Assembly: GCA_051362555.1 (NCBI GenBank)
Contig: CM120640.1
Span: 23,794,225 to 23,858,224, forward strand
DNA from: Lingula anatina
Taxonomy: Eukaryota > Animalia > Brachiopoda
Direction: 5' to 3'
Length of the DNA stretch: 64,000 bases
Positions 1 to 11,256 of the stretch are shown one piece after another (the first letter of the stretch is position 1; each line of letters begins with the position of its first letter). Under the pieces are notes generated by a model. It had not been told where the DNA came from, did not search any database, and saw only the letters and a program-made list of their open reading frames with translations. The position numbers and the translations under genes were made by a program.

Positions 1-255
1 AATCCTACTTACATCACAGTGATCAAAAATAGATAACAAATAAAATATCCAATTAAATTTTTTGAACGTTTACAAATTTCCTGTACACAAGCTGATAAAA
101 CAGAAATGGAAAATTGTTCTTTTTCCTAAAAAAAAAAACTTTCGTCCAAAATGATACGATGTAGTGCAGTATTAATCTTAAAACCTTTACATTAATAACA
201 TATTCTATCAAAATTATGCCTTTTCATGTCATATCGTCAAACGTTCATTTATATA

Positions 256-480
256 CAGGGGCGGATCCAGGATTAATTGAAGGGGGGAGGTGCGCGGATG
301 CGAAGCCGACCTTACCTCCCCCCCCCCCCCCCCCCCCCCCCCTTGGCGTGGGGTTCGGGGCCCGCTGAAGGGCCCCGAAATTTCTTGGTAATTTAGAGGG
401 CGAACGGTGCCATTTGGTACGGTTTAGAACTATGATTCAGCTAATCCAAATACTAATTGCAAGAGGGAGACCATTGGTGC
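256..480 (+). repeat. Fragment of a CAGGGGCGGATCCAGG-terminus MITE with poly-C tract
   Basis: Same terminus recurs at ~10515 and, as a complete element with terminal inverted repeats (TIRs), at 49237-49404; right end not found here. Confidence 0.5.
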
Positions 481-754
481 GATTTTTTTCAGAAATTGAA
501 GGGGGATCACTGCTGTGGATATCGTTTGGGGGATTTTCAAACCCATGGAGTGTACTTTTAAGGTTGTAATTTTTGTAGTTACTTTTAAAACAATAACTCA
601 TTATTTGTTATCATTTATTTAAAAATTTAAAAAAATCAAGTTTGATTTCATAGATATTAGTTCTCTCGTTAACAAATGTTTTTAACACATGCAAAATAAT
701 GAACGTTTTGATAACAGGGTTATATATATTGGTTAGACCATCAACAAGTGTTAA

Positions 755-3164
755 AGGCTGGGTCACACTGCGCTTGCAACCTTTTGGCAACCTCTTTGCA
801 ACCACAAAATCTGGTGGTCGCTTGCGATCACTTTGCGACCTAATTTGCATATTTTGATCGGCAAGCAGTTGCTAACCGGTTGCAACAAGGTTACAGTATG
901 GTATCTGCAACCTCTTACAGACAATCTTCAAGTCAGAGGTTACCAGTCGCACACCGTTAGGCGAGCGATAAACAACCTGTCAGCAACCACTTGGAGACTG
1001 AAAACCGGTTGCAGGACTGTAGCGATCGCTTGCCAACTGGTAGCAGCAAGGTTGCACAGACTATATATATTTTATAAGTTGTGACGATAGCTGCCTTCTC
1101 GTAAATTTCCCTCTCGGATGACAACAGAGGGAATATTTTAAACATTATACAACGATTGGATCCGTTCCGTAGCAGCTTCAAATGATTTAATATTTTGAAT
1201 ATTAAAGTATGATTCTGCTATGAGATTCTGTTATAACGTCACAGTCGATTTCTGTACTACCAATATTGTCAAACTTACAATAATAAATAAGAAATATATT
1301 TGTACTATATATTGGCATTTATATCAAACCAGTGGTGTAATAAAACACATATTTGGATGTTTTTTCAGCCTTATTAATGTAATAATAGGCATGCATAGTT
1401 TCTTTTTTCAATACTTGGTATCTTTGAGGTCGCAAGGCCTGTGCAGTTACGGTCACACTGAACATAAAACCTCCTTGCGACTTGCAACTGTCACCGGTTG
1501 CAGAAAGGTGGGCGACAAGTTGCAACAACTCGCAAAGTGGTCTCCAAATGAACGCTGGGTTACTATCCGGTCGCGCCGGTTTTCGGTGCAGCACCGAAAA
1601 CCTCCTGGCGACCGAAAAGCCTATTTGTGGTATCCAACCGGTTGCTAAAAGGTCGCCGACTGCTTAGCAACTGATTTGCGACCGATTGTGTGGTTTTCCC
1701 TTTGTCTTTGTAGCCCCAAGCGTTACACTTACAATACAACATCTTTAAATAGTGAAGGATCCTGCGCGTCATCAATTTGTTTCCGTCCTTGTGGTACGAA
1801 TTCTAAGTACTGGGAGGAAGTTAATTTGTATTTATTTGACCTTCTTTATATTGGTGACACTGTTTTACTGTTATAAAAATGCCTGACAATTAAATTTATT
1901 GTAAAAAGTATGAATCAAACTTTGCTATTTACTTTTTTTCTCTGCGCCCGCCTATTTGCTTAATTTTTCTTCCATTGTGACTTGGCAAATTATGACTTGG
2001 CAAATTAAAAAGTAAGATATTTCCGGCTGCTTTAGTCATTAAAAATGTTTCCAGTAGATTTGACAACAATAGTTGTCAAAAATTAGCCATGATATAGGAA
2101 TGGATAAAAAGATAACAGTTTATCGTTTACATTGTGATAATCATTATTGATTGTTTTGGCACTTTATTTGATTTGTTTTTAAAGTCTTTCAATTGTTGGT
2201 TATAGAAAAACTCGTTTTCCTTAAAAAAAATCAACTAATTCTTCTTCCTCTTTAATAGTAAATTTAGGCTCCCTGTCTCCTCCGCGTTCATCATCTTTCG
2301 GTTGATCCTCTTCGTGGGAAGCAGAGTCTGTGTTGGAACTTTGTGAAGAACTTTCTTCACGGCCATTTGCTTTCTCAAAATACATTCTGGCCACCCTTCC
2401 CACGCTGTTGGATGACATACTGGGGACTGAAGACACGGGCTCAGCGGCTTCTATTTACAACACTTTTAGTCAAGTATGGTGGCTGATAGGGACTCATACA
2501 TTTATTTATTTTATTGAAAAAAAATACTTATGAAAACCTTGTAAATAAATTTAAAAGGATGACAACAAATACAATCTACGTTTTAATTGAGAAATAACGA
2601 TTTTTGTCAAGGTATTTAGAAAGCCTTAATGGCATGATATAAATGAAAAATATATTTATATATTTAGTGGCCACCATCCTACGCTTATTTTATCACGGTT
2701 GCTTGCGACCTTCTCGCGACATGTTTTCGAGTGCATGCGAGCTGTAAGAAACCTGTTAGAGACCAAGCGACTAAAGACCGTTAATCGACCATGAAGTTTC
2801 AACTGCAACCTCCTTGCGACCTGCTGCCCACCGCTTGCAACCGGTTAGTAACCTGTTTGCAACTAAGCGACTAAAGACCGTCAATCGACCGTGCAGTTAC
2901 AGGTGGTATGCGACTGGTTTTAGTCTGGTTACAGCGACCTACTGGCAACCAAGAGGAGACCTATAGGCAACCTCTCAGTTACCAATCGTTTTCATTATCA
3001 GTCGCACTGGTTGTCGGTGCCAAAAAAATGGCCTTCGTGTGTCAACGATCGCAGGCGACCTGTTAGCAACCTAATGCGACCACTTTAAAACCTAGGGCAA
3101 CCTCCTTGCGACTGAGGTTGCAAAGAGGTTGCCAAAAGGTTGCAAGCGCAGTGTGACCCAGCCT
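755..3164. mobile_element. Non-autonomous PIF/Harbinger-type DNA transposon
   Basis: ~49-bp perfect TIR AGGCTGGGTCACACTGCGCTTGCAACCTTTTGGCAACCTCTTTGCAACC at both ends; TAA TSD at 752-754 and 3165-3167; many subterminal GCAACC/GCGACC motifs; internal MADF-like relic. Confidence 0.88.
2160..2436 (-). pseudogene. Frameshifted MADF/Myb-SANT-like DNA-binding ORF relic (Harbinger ORF2)
   Basis: ...FTIKEEEELVDFF continues, after removing one base from the T-run at ~2223-2230, as KENEFFYNQQLKDFKNKSNK, resembling the start of a MADF domain. Confidence 0.6.
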
Positions 3165-3902
3165 TAAGAGAACGTTATTCTAACGTTCTACACTGCCACT
3201 GTCATCATCATTGAGCCGAGAAACGTTGCCAACAAGTTCTATTAACGTATGTAAATTTTTGTAAATTTTGGCAAAAACACATGAACAAAGGATTTCAGAT
3301 TTTGCATCACTACAATTTGCACAACTTTAATCATCACATCTAGTATTCAAACGTTCTAACAATGTTATAAAAATTAAATTTTGTGTCGGTTATATTTACC
3401 TATATAGCATGCAGTAGTCCCGTCATACGCTGTCTTAACTGCACACCTAGCGGCTGTTTACAAATTGGGGTTGGGGTTAGTCGGCGACTAGAGCGATGAG
3501 GATTTTAGAACCCTCGGGCAGTCTGTGCCTACCTCAAATTACCAACATGATGAAAAGCTTAAAAAAAACCTATAAAATGGACTTCAATTATGAAATAAAA
3601 TTTATCAAAATTATTAAAAAGGTGTTTTCAAGTAATCATGATAGTTGATTGGCGTTTGTGATGAATTAATGGATTGTTTTAACTTCATTTTAGAAAATTC
3701 AATCTAATAAATTGCTTACAAGGTCAGCTAACACAGGAGTAGTGAAAAGGTTAAGCAGAGAAGACTTGACTGAAGCAAGTAAGGTTGAATAGTACGCAAC
3801 GGTCATCTGACTAGACAAGTTGGGGGAGTCCATTCTATTGGTTTACATTTGAAAAAATCCATTCAACCTGAGGGATGTCAGGAGGGGCGACTCTATTCCA
3901 CA

Positions 3903-4345
3903 TTAAGGGGTGTTATTTGGAGTGATTCCATTCCATAAGAGGGGTGACAGGTGGGCGAGTCCATTGCATTAGAGGGGTGACAGGTGGGGCGAGTCCATTG
4001 CATTGGAAGGGGTGACAGGTGGGGCGAGTCCATTGCATTGGAAGGGGTGACAGGTGGGGCGAGTCCATTGCATTGGAAGGGGTGACAGGTGGGGCGAGTC
4101 CATTGCATTGGAAGGGGTGACAGGTGGGGCGAGTCCATTGCATTAGAGAGGTGACAGGTGGGGCGAGTCCATTACATAAAAGGGGTGACAGGTTGAACGA
4201 GTCCATCACATACGAAGGGGTGACAGGTGGGGCGAGTCCATCGCATTAGAAGGGGTGACAGGTGGGACGAGTCCATTGCATTAAAGGGGGGTGCCAGGTG
4301 GGGCGAGTCCATCGCATTAGAAGGGGTGACAGGTGGGGCGAGTCT
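3903..4345. repeat. 35-bp G-rich minisatellite, ~12 copies
   Basis: Unit GGGGTGACAGGTGGGGCGAGTCCATTGCATTGGAA; period 35 (e.g. 4021 to 4056); homogeneous centre, degenerate edges. Confidence 0.95.
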
Positions 4346-6541
4346 TGAAATTATCCCAATTTGGTTCAGAGAACAGGAACTGAACAAATTGTTCTGTTTT
4401 ACCCTCAGAAATCAAATTTCAGCCGTATCTATTAAAAAAACCAACTTGATTTAAGCTTACATCAGAATCATCCCACATTTTCATTATTACATTCGAATAT
4501 CAAATTAAGTATTTATACTAAGAAAAGGCCGCCAAATTAAAACAATTCACGATAGCAAAAGCCAAAACCCATCAAAATGGTACCCTCCCTATATAAGAAA
4601 ATATAGGAAAAATTTAATCCAAACGAATTAGTTCCACATGCTATAGAACAAAAATCTCATGTGAATTTTTTAAAAACCAGGATTGTAAATTTATATAAAT
4701 TTGAACTATAAAATGTAGGTTGTTGGAAACTATTTTAGATATTTTATTTCAGTGCGCTAAAACAGCTTGGAGGGGTTATTAATAAACACTGGTCATTTTA
4801 CAACTATTTAAAATGTAGGTACCACAGAAAACCGTAAACCACAAAAACATTGACATTATCTACAGATCATATTAAATTTGAAGGTCTTCAAACGCTAAAA
4901 ATAACTTATTTCCCATTATGGTTACTACTATCCTTATCATAATAATTACATAACAAAGTGACAAATAAAACGCCAAATTACAAAAGTTTTTTTATTTAGT
5001 TTTCATATAATAGATGTTCGAAGGAGCGTGGGTTCCTGTGTGTGAAACAAAGGCTAGACTTCATAGGTTGCTTTCATGCGGATGCTGTGCAGAATCTCGT
5101 TGAGCTCCTGAAAATATAAAATAATGTTTACAACTTTGAACTAAACAGACAGGATCTCTACATTCTAATATTGCATGTAATATCTCAGGGCACAGGGCAC
5201 ATATAAATGATCACAAATGGAATGGCGTGCACGTTTATTAACTAGTCTGATGTTCAGGTTCAGCTAGCGCAAAACCAAAATTATGATCTGGAATTAGTTA
5301 ATAATATAACTAATTGAGGGCTCTCGTTAAAAAAAGTAACCTTGATAGCACAACCCTTTTCATTTGCAGGGTGGGTGAGGTTATTGTTACGACCGTTTAT
5401 ATATTCCTCTTGATATTAAAAGTTATAACACGTGTTGTAGTACATGTTGACGCATCTCAGAGAAAGAGATCATTTACAAATTCTCTTCGAAAATTATAAC
5501 AAATATATTGCACAAATATAATAAGTTTTCATACAGTGAACCGTGTAATGGATGGACAACACACGGCACAATGGAGACAACAGGCGGTGTAAAATATGTA
5601 TCTGTCAATCATTGTGCAATGAGCACTCGAAATCCTTGGATCAGAAGCTCAGAACGGTGACAAGCATCATCCAATTAATTAATTTGGCTGGTAATACTTA
5701 CGTTTTAACACGCACGACATTTTAAATTAGGACAAAAAATTCAAAATTAATTGTCAAGGCAAAGTGCAAAGGATTTCAAGCAAACTTAGGTTATCATCAA
5801 AAGTCAGATAAATGCGCCGTTTATCCTGAACTTTTGGAGACCCAGTGCACTGTAAGCAATAATTTCTACCATTCCGAGTGACATACAAGTAAAAATGGAA
5901 ATATAGTAAAAGGATTCATGCCATAAATATTTGTCGTAAGTATTTTTTTCATTCTTCTGCGCCTTTAGTATTTAATGGCTGTGATTGATGAAGAAATAGT
6001 AATACTCACAAACATACATTTGCTTCCAAGCCTTATAAAAGCTCGACCTTCTGGCTGCACCACACATACCGTTGCGTCTACACCCGACTCTGTCTAACTG
6101 TCAAGTGAGCATTCGGGAAGACAGCTCGCATTACGGTGAACGACTTGTTGTTATGCAAATAACAACAGGTATACCTCATTTTAGGTGAGAGGTTGTTACT
6201 GAGGCTGTTCACGAATGTTCAATCAGGGAATTATATCCGATATGTGGTGATACCTTCGTATGCTTAAAGTCGTGCAAATAATCTATGTCACATATTCGAT
6301 GTCACATACATACTCTACAAGGCCAAAAGTGTCTAACTGGCCCTACAACACATGTAGCCCAGGTGTAACAGGAATGGGAGTCCACTAGGAATCGTAGTCC
6401 GCTTCACATTACTTTGTAACCCCAATACTCCAATTAACCCTAACCTGAACTAATGTATACGGGGGGGGGGGGGGGGGGGGGGGGGTCAACCTGTTTTCCC
6501 TATGTGAAAATTATTCTGAAAATCAGCATTGGGTGTCTTTC

Positions 6542-6544
<3 letters not shown>

Positions 6545-6591
<47 letters not shown>

Positions 6592-6767
6592 TGATAAGGT
6601 CTACTGCCATGCTACGATACATTTTCCTCAGTTAGGGGATTGGCCTGCTGACTTAAATTAAATTTTCAGCATCAAGCCCACGTTCGCCATTCATGGAATC
6701 AGAAGTTATGTTTTTAACGCGAACAAAGATGCGAAACGTCAGTGTTGTATAAATCATATCATTTTGA

Positions 6768-6825
<58 letters not shown>
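6545..6825. repeat. (CA)n and (CT)n(CA)n microsatellites
   Basis: Runs at 6545-6586 and ~6768-6825. Confidence 0.95.
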
Positions 6826-6828
<3 letters not shown>

Positions 6829-7286
6829 CCCTGACCCCCCTCTAAATCCGGCACAGTATATACACAAGGACTCATATTAAGGTGGAATCATTTTTAATAA
6901 ATGAATTAAACATAATCATAGTGGCGCCCAATCTAATATCAAAATTTACATTCCAAGTTAATCACGGGCTCATTGCAAATCCAACCAAGCTAGCTTGTTA
7001 CCAATTTGCATTACAATTTACAAGGTTCTGATCACGATTATCATGCCATCTTAAATACATTGCCTCACGTTCTGATAAGTTTTATTTAAATTTTGAAAAC
7101 TAAAATTCAGCAACCCTTGCTGCATTTTATGCCATATACATGTATATGATTAAAAGCTCCCTAAAGGTGAATTGTTAAACACACAAAAAAGTTTGTAGTA
7201 TTAAATTTGCGAACGATAGGCCCAAAACCTTTTTTGTTCATAAGCGGTCAAAATCTGAGTGCTGGCTCAAGGTTAGTCGAAGTCAA

Positions 7287-9554
7287 TTATGAATGGTGTA
7301 GGCTTGCATTTTCTCTTAAGAACGCCAAATTCCCGAGAACGCACATCTTGTATACAAGTCCATTGTCAGGAAAGATGGCGACGGTCTGTCTCTGGGCTTC
7401 GATTCGACAATCTGCCAGATATGCTTGACACGCTTTGTTGATCTGGCCGAATTCCTCATACACAGAACCCAGAAGAAAAAAGCTGCTGTTTGGTGGAGAC
7501 TCTGTGGTCTCACAGTAGGTGCTTAGCTTTCCGCATGCCTCTTCTGCTTCTTTGGTGTTCCCTAGGCGCCAATGTGCGATAGCAAGTTCGCAAAGTGCGA
7601 GACATTTCGCAGAGATCACTACGACTTCAGATGCCTCAAGAACTTTCGCGAGACCATCTGGCAGGGCAACGGAATCCGACTGATAAAAAAAGACACTTTC
7701 TGCCTCATCCAGCGATTTGTCCATCAACTCAAGGACCTTTTGCATCGTCTTCACAGCATCTTGGAAACGCCCCATCTTGAACAAAACGATCCCTAGGTAG
7801 AGAAGGGAGAGAAAACGATGAAAGTTATAGCCTTCGACATCTTCGGTTACCATAAGCTGGCACTGTTGTAACATGTTCTCAGCCATTTTGGCAGTCTTGG
7901 TCTTCTCATCTCTGTCGCCTGTATGTTCTGATTTACAAAAATAAAGCAAGCCCAATTTTCTCAAAACTGTGACGTTATCCATCTTTGTATCAAGAAACAT
8001 GGTTCTCAAAATTTCCAGCGTGGATATCTTGTTGTTCAGTAATTCATTGGCTCCACCAACATAATCTGTGACAAATTTCTGGGCAATTTTGGCTGAATCT
8101 TCCCAAATTACAACCGGCCACATTGATTTGGTTTTGATTAGATCCACCGCCATGAATTCTCTGCCCTCCAAGAAAAAGGCAGTTGATAATCGGACCAAAC
8201 AATCCAACAACGCAGATTCCAGTTCTTCATTTGTCATCGAGTCATGGTGAAGAATAGACTGGTAAATCCAATCGAACCCGAACGTCAAAGGGAGAGAATC
8301 TAGTCTATTCAAGGTGTAATATCTCCTGATGACTGGTAGAATCTGGCAGCGAATGTGAACAAGCTTTCTCAGTGCGTCCCTGACGAAGTCCCTGCCAACG
8401 TGGCTCAGCATATTGTTATCCGGAATGAAATAATTTGGCAAGTTGTGCTTAGACAGAAATGTGATCAATGTCTCAAGAAGGTGGACGAACGCTCCTAGCA
8501 ATTCGTTGCAAGTATCTTTGCACAGATGGGGAGCTCTCTCGCAGGCCCAAAACAGCGTTGTTTTCAGATAATACGTTGATAAAAATTCAACGTCAGCTAG
8601 CTCGTGCTTGCAAAGGAGCTTAAACATCATGAAGCTCTTCCGAACGCATTTGGGGAGACTCTTTGCAAGAAGTTGCTCTGCCACGGTAAACGAAAGTCGC
8701 CACTCTACTTCCTTAAACGTACTCTGAGGATGGGCAACGGGGACTACAAAGCATTCTCTTTTGCAAATCTGCACGATGGTACCAACGCTTGGCCATCCAT
8801 TACGCTTTCTAGTAATCCATTCAATGGCTTGTTTAGGCCAGTCAGGGCAACTTATGGCGGGGACTCGGTCCCAGCTGCTTTCGGTAAGGATCTGCCCTGT
8901 TGTACGCCTAGCCTCGGCTGTGGTAAAGGCAGGACCGTGCAGGATGCCTTCTTCATTGCGTTCCCCAATAGTGTCCACGATGTAATCTTTCACTATGCTG
9001 CCGGACTGCAAAAAGTACACTGGTTCGCCTTCGCTTGTGCGCACCTTTGCCAAACGTACGACGTCAGTATGCCTCATGACGCTTTTCAAGTTTGAATATC
9101 TTTCTTCATATTCCAGTCTCACATAACCGGGGAATGTTTCCGTGGTATTAAAAAAGAAAGTGCCGGACTGGTCTCGAGTGGGGTAATCAGTAACCGTGAA
9201 ATTCCCTATGATGAACAAAGTATCTACATCAGAGGAGTCGATTTTAAAAGTGCCTGCTTTGTAAGCGTGGGGAAGGGTGAGACCCTCAGCCGTACTACCA
9301 CTGATCAGCGTGCGCTGTGTGTCTCCCAGATTTAGACACTTTTCGAGTCTTTCTTGAACGTCAGACCCGAAAACGCCCTTTGCCTTGAAACGGTCAAAGT
9401 TTGCGTCGGTCATAAAACTGTTGAAAGCCTCGCATTTTGTCATGTTAGTTGCGAGAGTGTCCATCCATGTGTCATTAATGGTATTGTCTATAAGAAATGT
9501 TATGATGCGCTTATTCACACCAGATAGGACATCAGTTGATCCCTCACGCTGCAT
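7287..9554 (-). CDS. Mab-21/cGAS-like receptor (cGLR) nucleotidyltransferase with C-terminal TPR-like repeats, 755 aa
   Basis: Uninterrupted ORF. Motifs: SGSTAEG...SDVD, HGPA, DRVPAI, WPKQAIEWITRKRNGWP, EWRLSFTVAEQLL, YYLKTTLFW, LPNYFIPDNNML. TPR-like segments: LYLGIVLFKMGRFQDAVKTMQKVLEL, LLGSVYEEFGQINKACQAY. Splice acceptor TTTTTCAATTCAG lies 3 nt before the ATG. Confidence 0.92.
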   Translation of the reverse strand: MQREGSTDVLSGVNKRIITFLIDNTINDTWMDTLATNMTKCEAFNSFMTDANFDRFKAKGVFGSDVQERLEKCLNLGDTQRTLISGSTAEGLTLPHAYKAGTFKIDSSDVDTLFIIGNFTVTDYPTRDQSGTFFFNTTETFPGYVRLEYEERYSNLKSVMRHTDVVRLAKVRTSEGEPVYFLQSGSIVKDYIVDTIGERNEEGILHGPAFTTAEARRTTGQILTESSWDRVPAISCPDWPKQAIEWITRKRNGWPSVGTIVQICKRECFVVPVAHPQSTFKEVEWRLSFTVAEQLLAKSLPKCVRKSFMMFKLLCKHELADVEFLSTYYLKTTLFWACERAPHLCKDTCNELLGAFVHLLETLITFLSKHNLPNYFIPDNNMLSHVGRDFVRDALRKLVHIRCQILPVIRRYYTLNRLDSLPLTFGFDWIYQSILHHDSMTNEELESALLDCLVRLSTAFFLEGREFMAVDLIKTKSMWPVVIWEDSAKIAQKFVTDYVGGANELLNNKISTLEILRTMFLDTKMDNVTVLRKLGLLYFCKSEHTGDRDEKTKTAKMAENMLQQCQLMVTEDVEGYNFHRFLSLLYLGIVLFKMGRFQDAVKTMQKVLELMDKSLDEAESVFFYQSDSVALPDGLAKVLEASEVVVISAKCLALCELAIAHWRLGNTKEAEEACGKLSTYCETTESPPNSSFFLLGSVYEEFGQINKACQAYLADCRIEAQRQTVAIFPDNGLVYKMCVLGNLAFLRENASLHHS

Positions 9555-9822
9555 TTTCTGAATTGAAAAATAGAGGCATTAAGTACAAGTCTAATAGCAA
9601 TTTCAACCATTCATTTTCTTATTCCATTGATTTATCAAGTTTTTATTATTCCTTTCAATCAACACGTTTGATCTGTTATAAACCTTACGTACATGTACTA
9701 GTGCAATCGCTCGGTAAGTATGCAGAACACAGCCTCTCTACCTTCACCACGAGGACGCATACGTAAACATACACTTATGTTCTAGCTCACACAGGGTACA
9801 TACCTAATCAGTCAAATTGAAA

Positions 9823-9824
<2 letters not shown>

Positions 9825-9864
<40 letters not shown>
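9825..9864. repeat. (AAT)n microsatellite
   Basis: Read directly; another at ~14956-14993. Confidence 0.95.
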
Positions 9865-11217
9865 GGTCTAATCTTCTCTCGGGAAAGTCCCTTTTTCTCT
9901 CAAACGAGGCTTTATGTTAGTCATCGTTAAGCTTTACTTATCATATGATAATAGCATGAAGTCTTTAGAAATCAATCAGCCGTACTTAATGTCTAAATCA
10001 TGCCAGTTGTTTACCACTTAAATAAGACCCTGCGTGTGTAGTGCCAGATATTTTAAAGAGCATACAAATTTCAAAGTCATTGTCAAGTACAAGGAATGAA
10101 ATATAGGCCTACCACGATATCCTCAAGGAACAAAAACATGTTACTAATTACATATAGTTACACTTTTGCAACCGTCTATTCGAATTAATGCCCTTAGACC
10201 AGGAAACTCACCACTGCCGTTTATGGTAAAACGTGTATTTTCCCCGGGGTACTTTTTGTTCTTACTGTCTTCGCCGCTATGTGTACAGCTTTAACTCCAA
10301 TAGAATTGGAAATCCCCTTTTCCAGACGGTCACGTGATGCAAAGCAAACATCTGCTGATCCATTTCTTTAGCTGAGAAGCTTACAGTGCTCTGTAAGCAA
10401 TGATATAAGAAATCAGTATATTGGACTAAGACCCATATTTTCTACTTATACGATGCTGAAAGAACACTGCAACGATAAACCTGGTGCTTAGGTAGGGGGT
10501 GCCTGGTATGTGTACAGGGGCGGATCCAGGATTATTTGAAGGCCGACCTTACCCCCCCCCCCCCCAACTTCACAGAAAGCATGAAAGTGTTGTACATCTT
10601 TAAATGTTTTTTACATATGAGGCTGTGAGCTAACACCGAACATAGCCAAGACTGTCCTGCATAAGGTGATAGTTTGATTCTCACACCGATTTATCGTCAC
10701 GTTGTATAGCCTTGAGTAGGCTACCATAATTTGATTTTTTTTTATGCAAGAAAAAATCGAATATTTATGGAGTGAGATACTTGGGACTTCACGAAGAAAT
10801 CTCAACAATATTTCAAAAATCCCCTAGTGACAGAAAGTTAGGCTAACGACATGAGTGTCACCTCTATCTGAAGTGTTCAATAAGCTGAATCCGCGATGAA
10901 TGCGACACAACGGACACCGAAGTGCAAAAGTTGACTTGATTATATTTTTTGATCGATTAGAACATTCTGTTACTATGATTAAGTTGTAAAACAGCTGATG
11001 GAATTCTTGAAACATTGAAAGACTTAAATTGAAATTTTATAAATAACTTACTTGCCGATTTGATTTCATATGTTATTATGTGTAGTCAAAGTACGCCTAG
11101 CCTATTTGATTAAAGCAAAACTACTATAACACATTTCTACAGAAAAAAAAAACCCGAGGCGTTACTTTCCAAACCATGAAAAACATTTCATTATTTAAAA
11201 AAAGGAAGAGATTTTTT

Positions 11218-11256
<39 letters not shown>

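Noticed and set aside
611-1876. Cluster of short ORFs in the Harbinger left arm
   Set aside because: They overlap subterminal repeats on both strands and show no transposase motifs
3903-4345. CRISPR-like array, and the repetitive ORFs at 3893-4454
   Set aside because: Units are head-to-tail with no unique spacers, there are no cas genes, and the context is eukaryotic; the ORFs are by-products of the repeat
7207-9095. Plus-strand and alternate-frame ORFs over the cGLR
   Set aside because: Shadow ORFs of a real coding sequence
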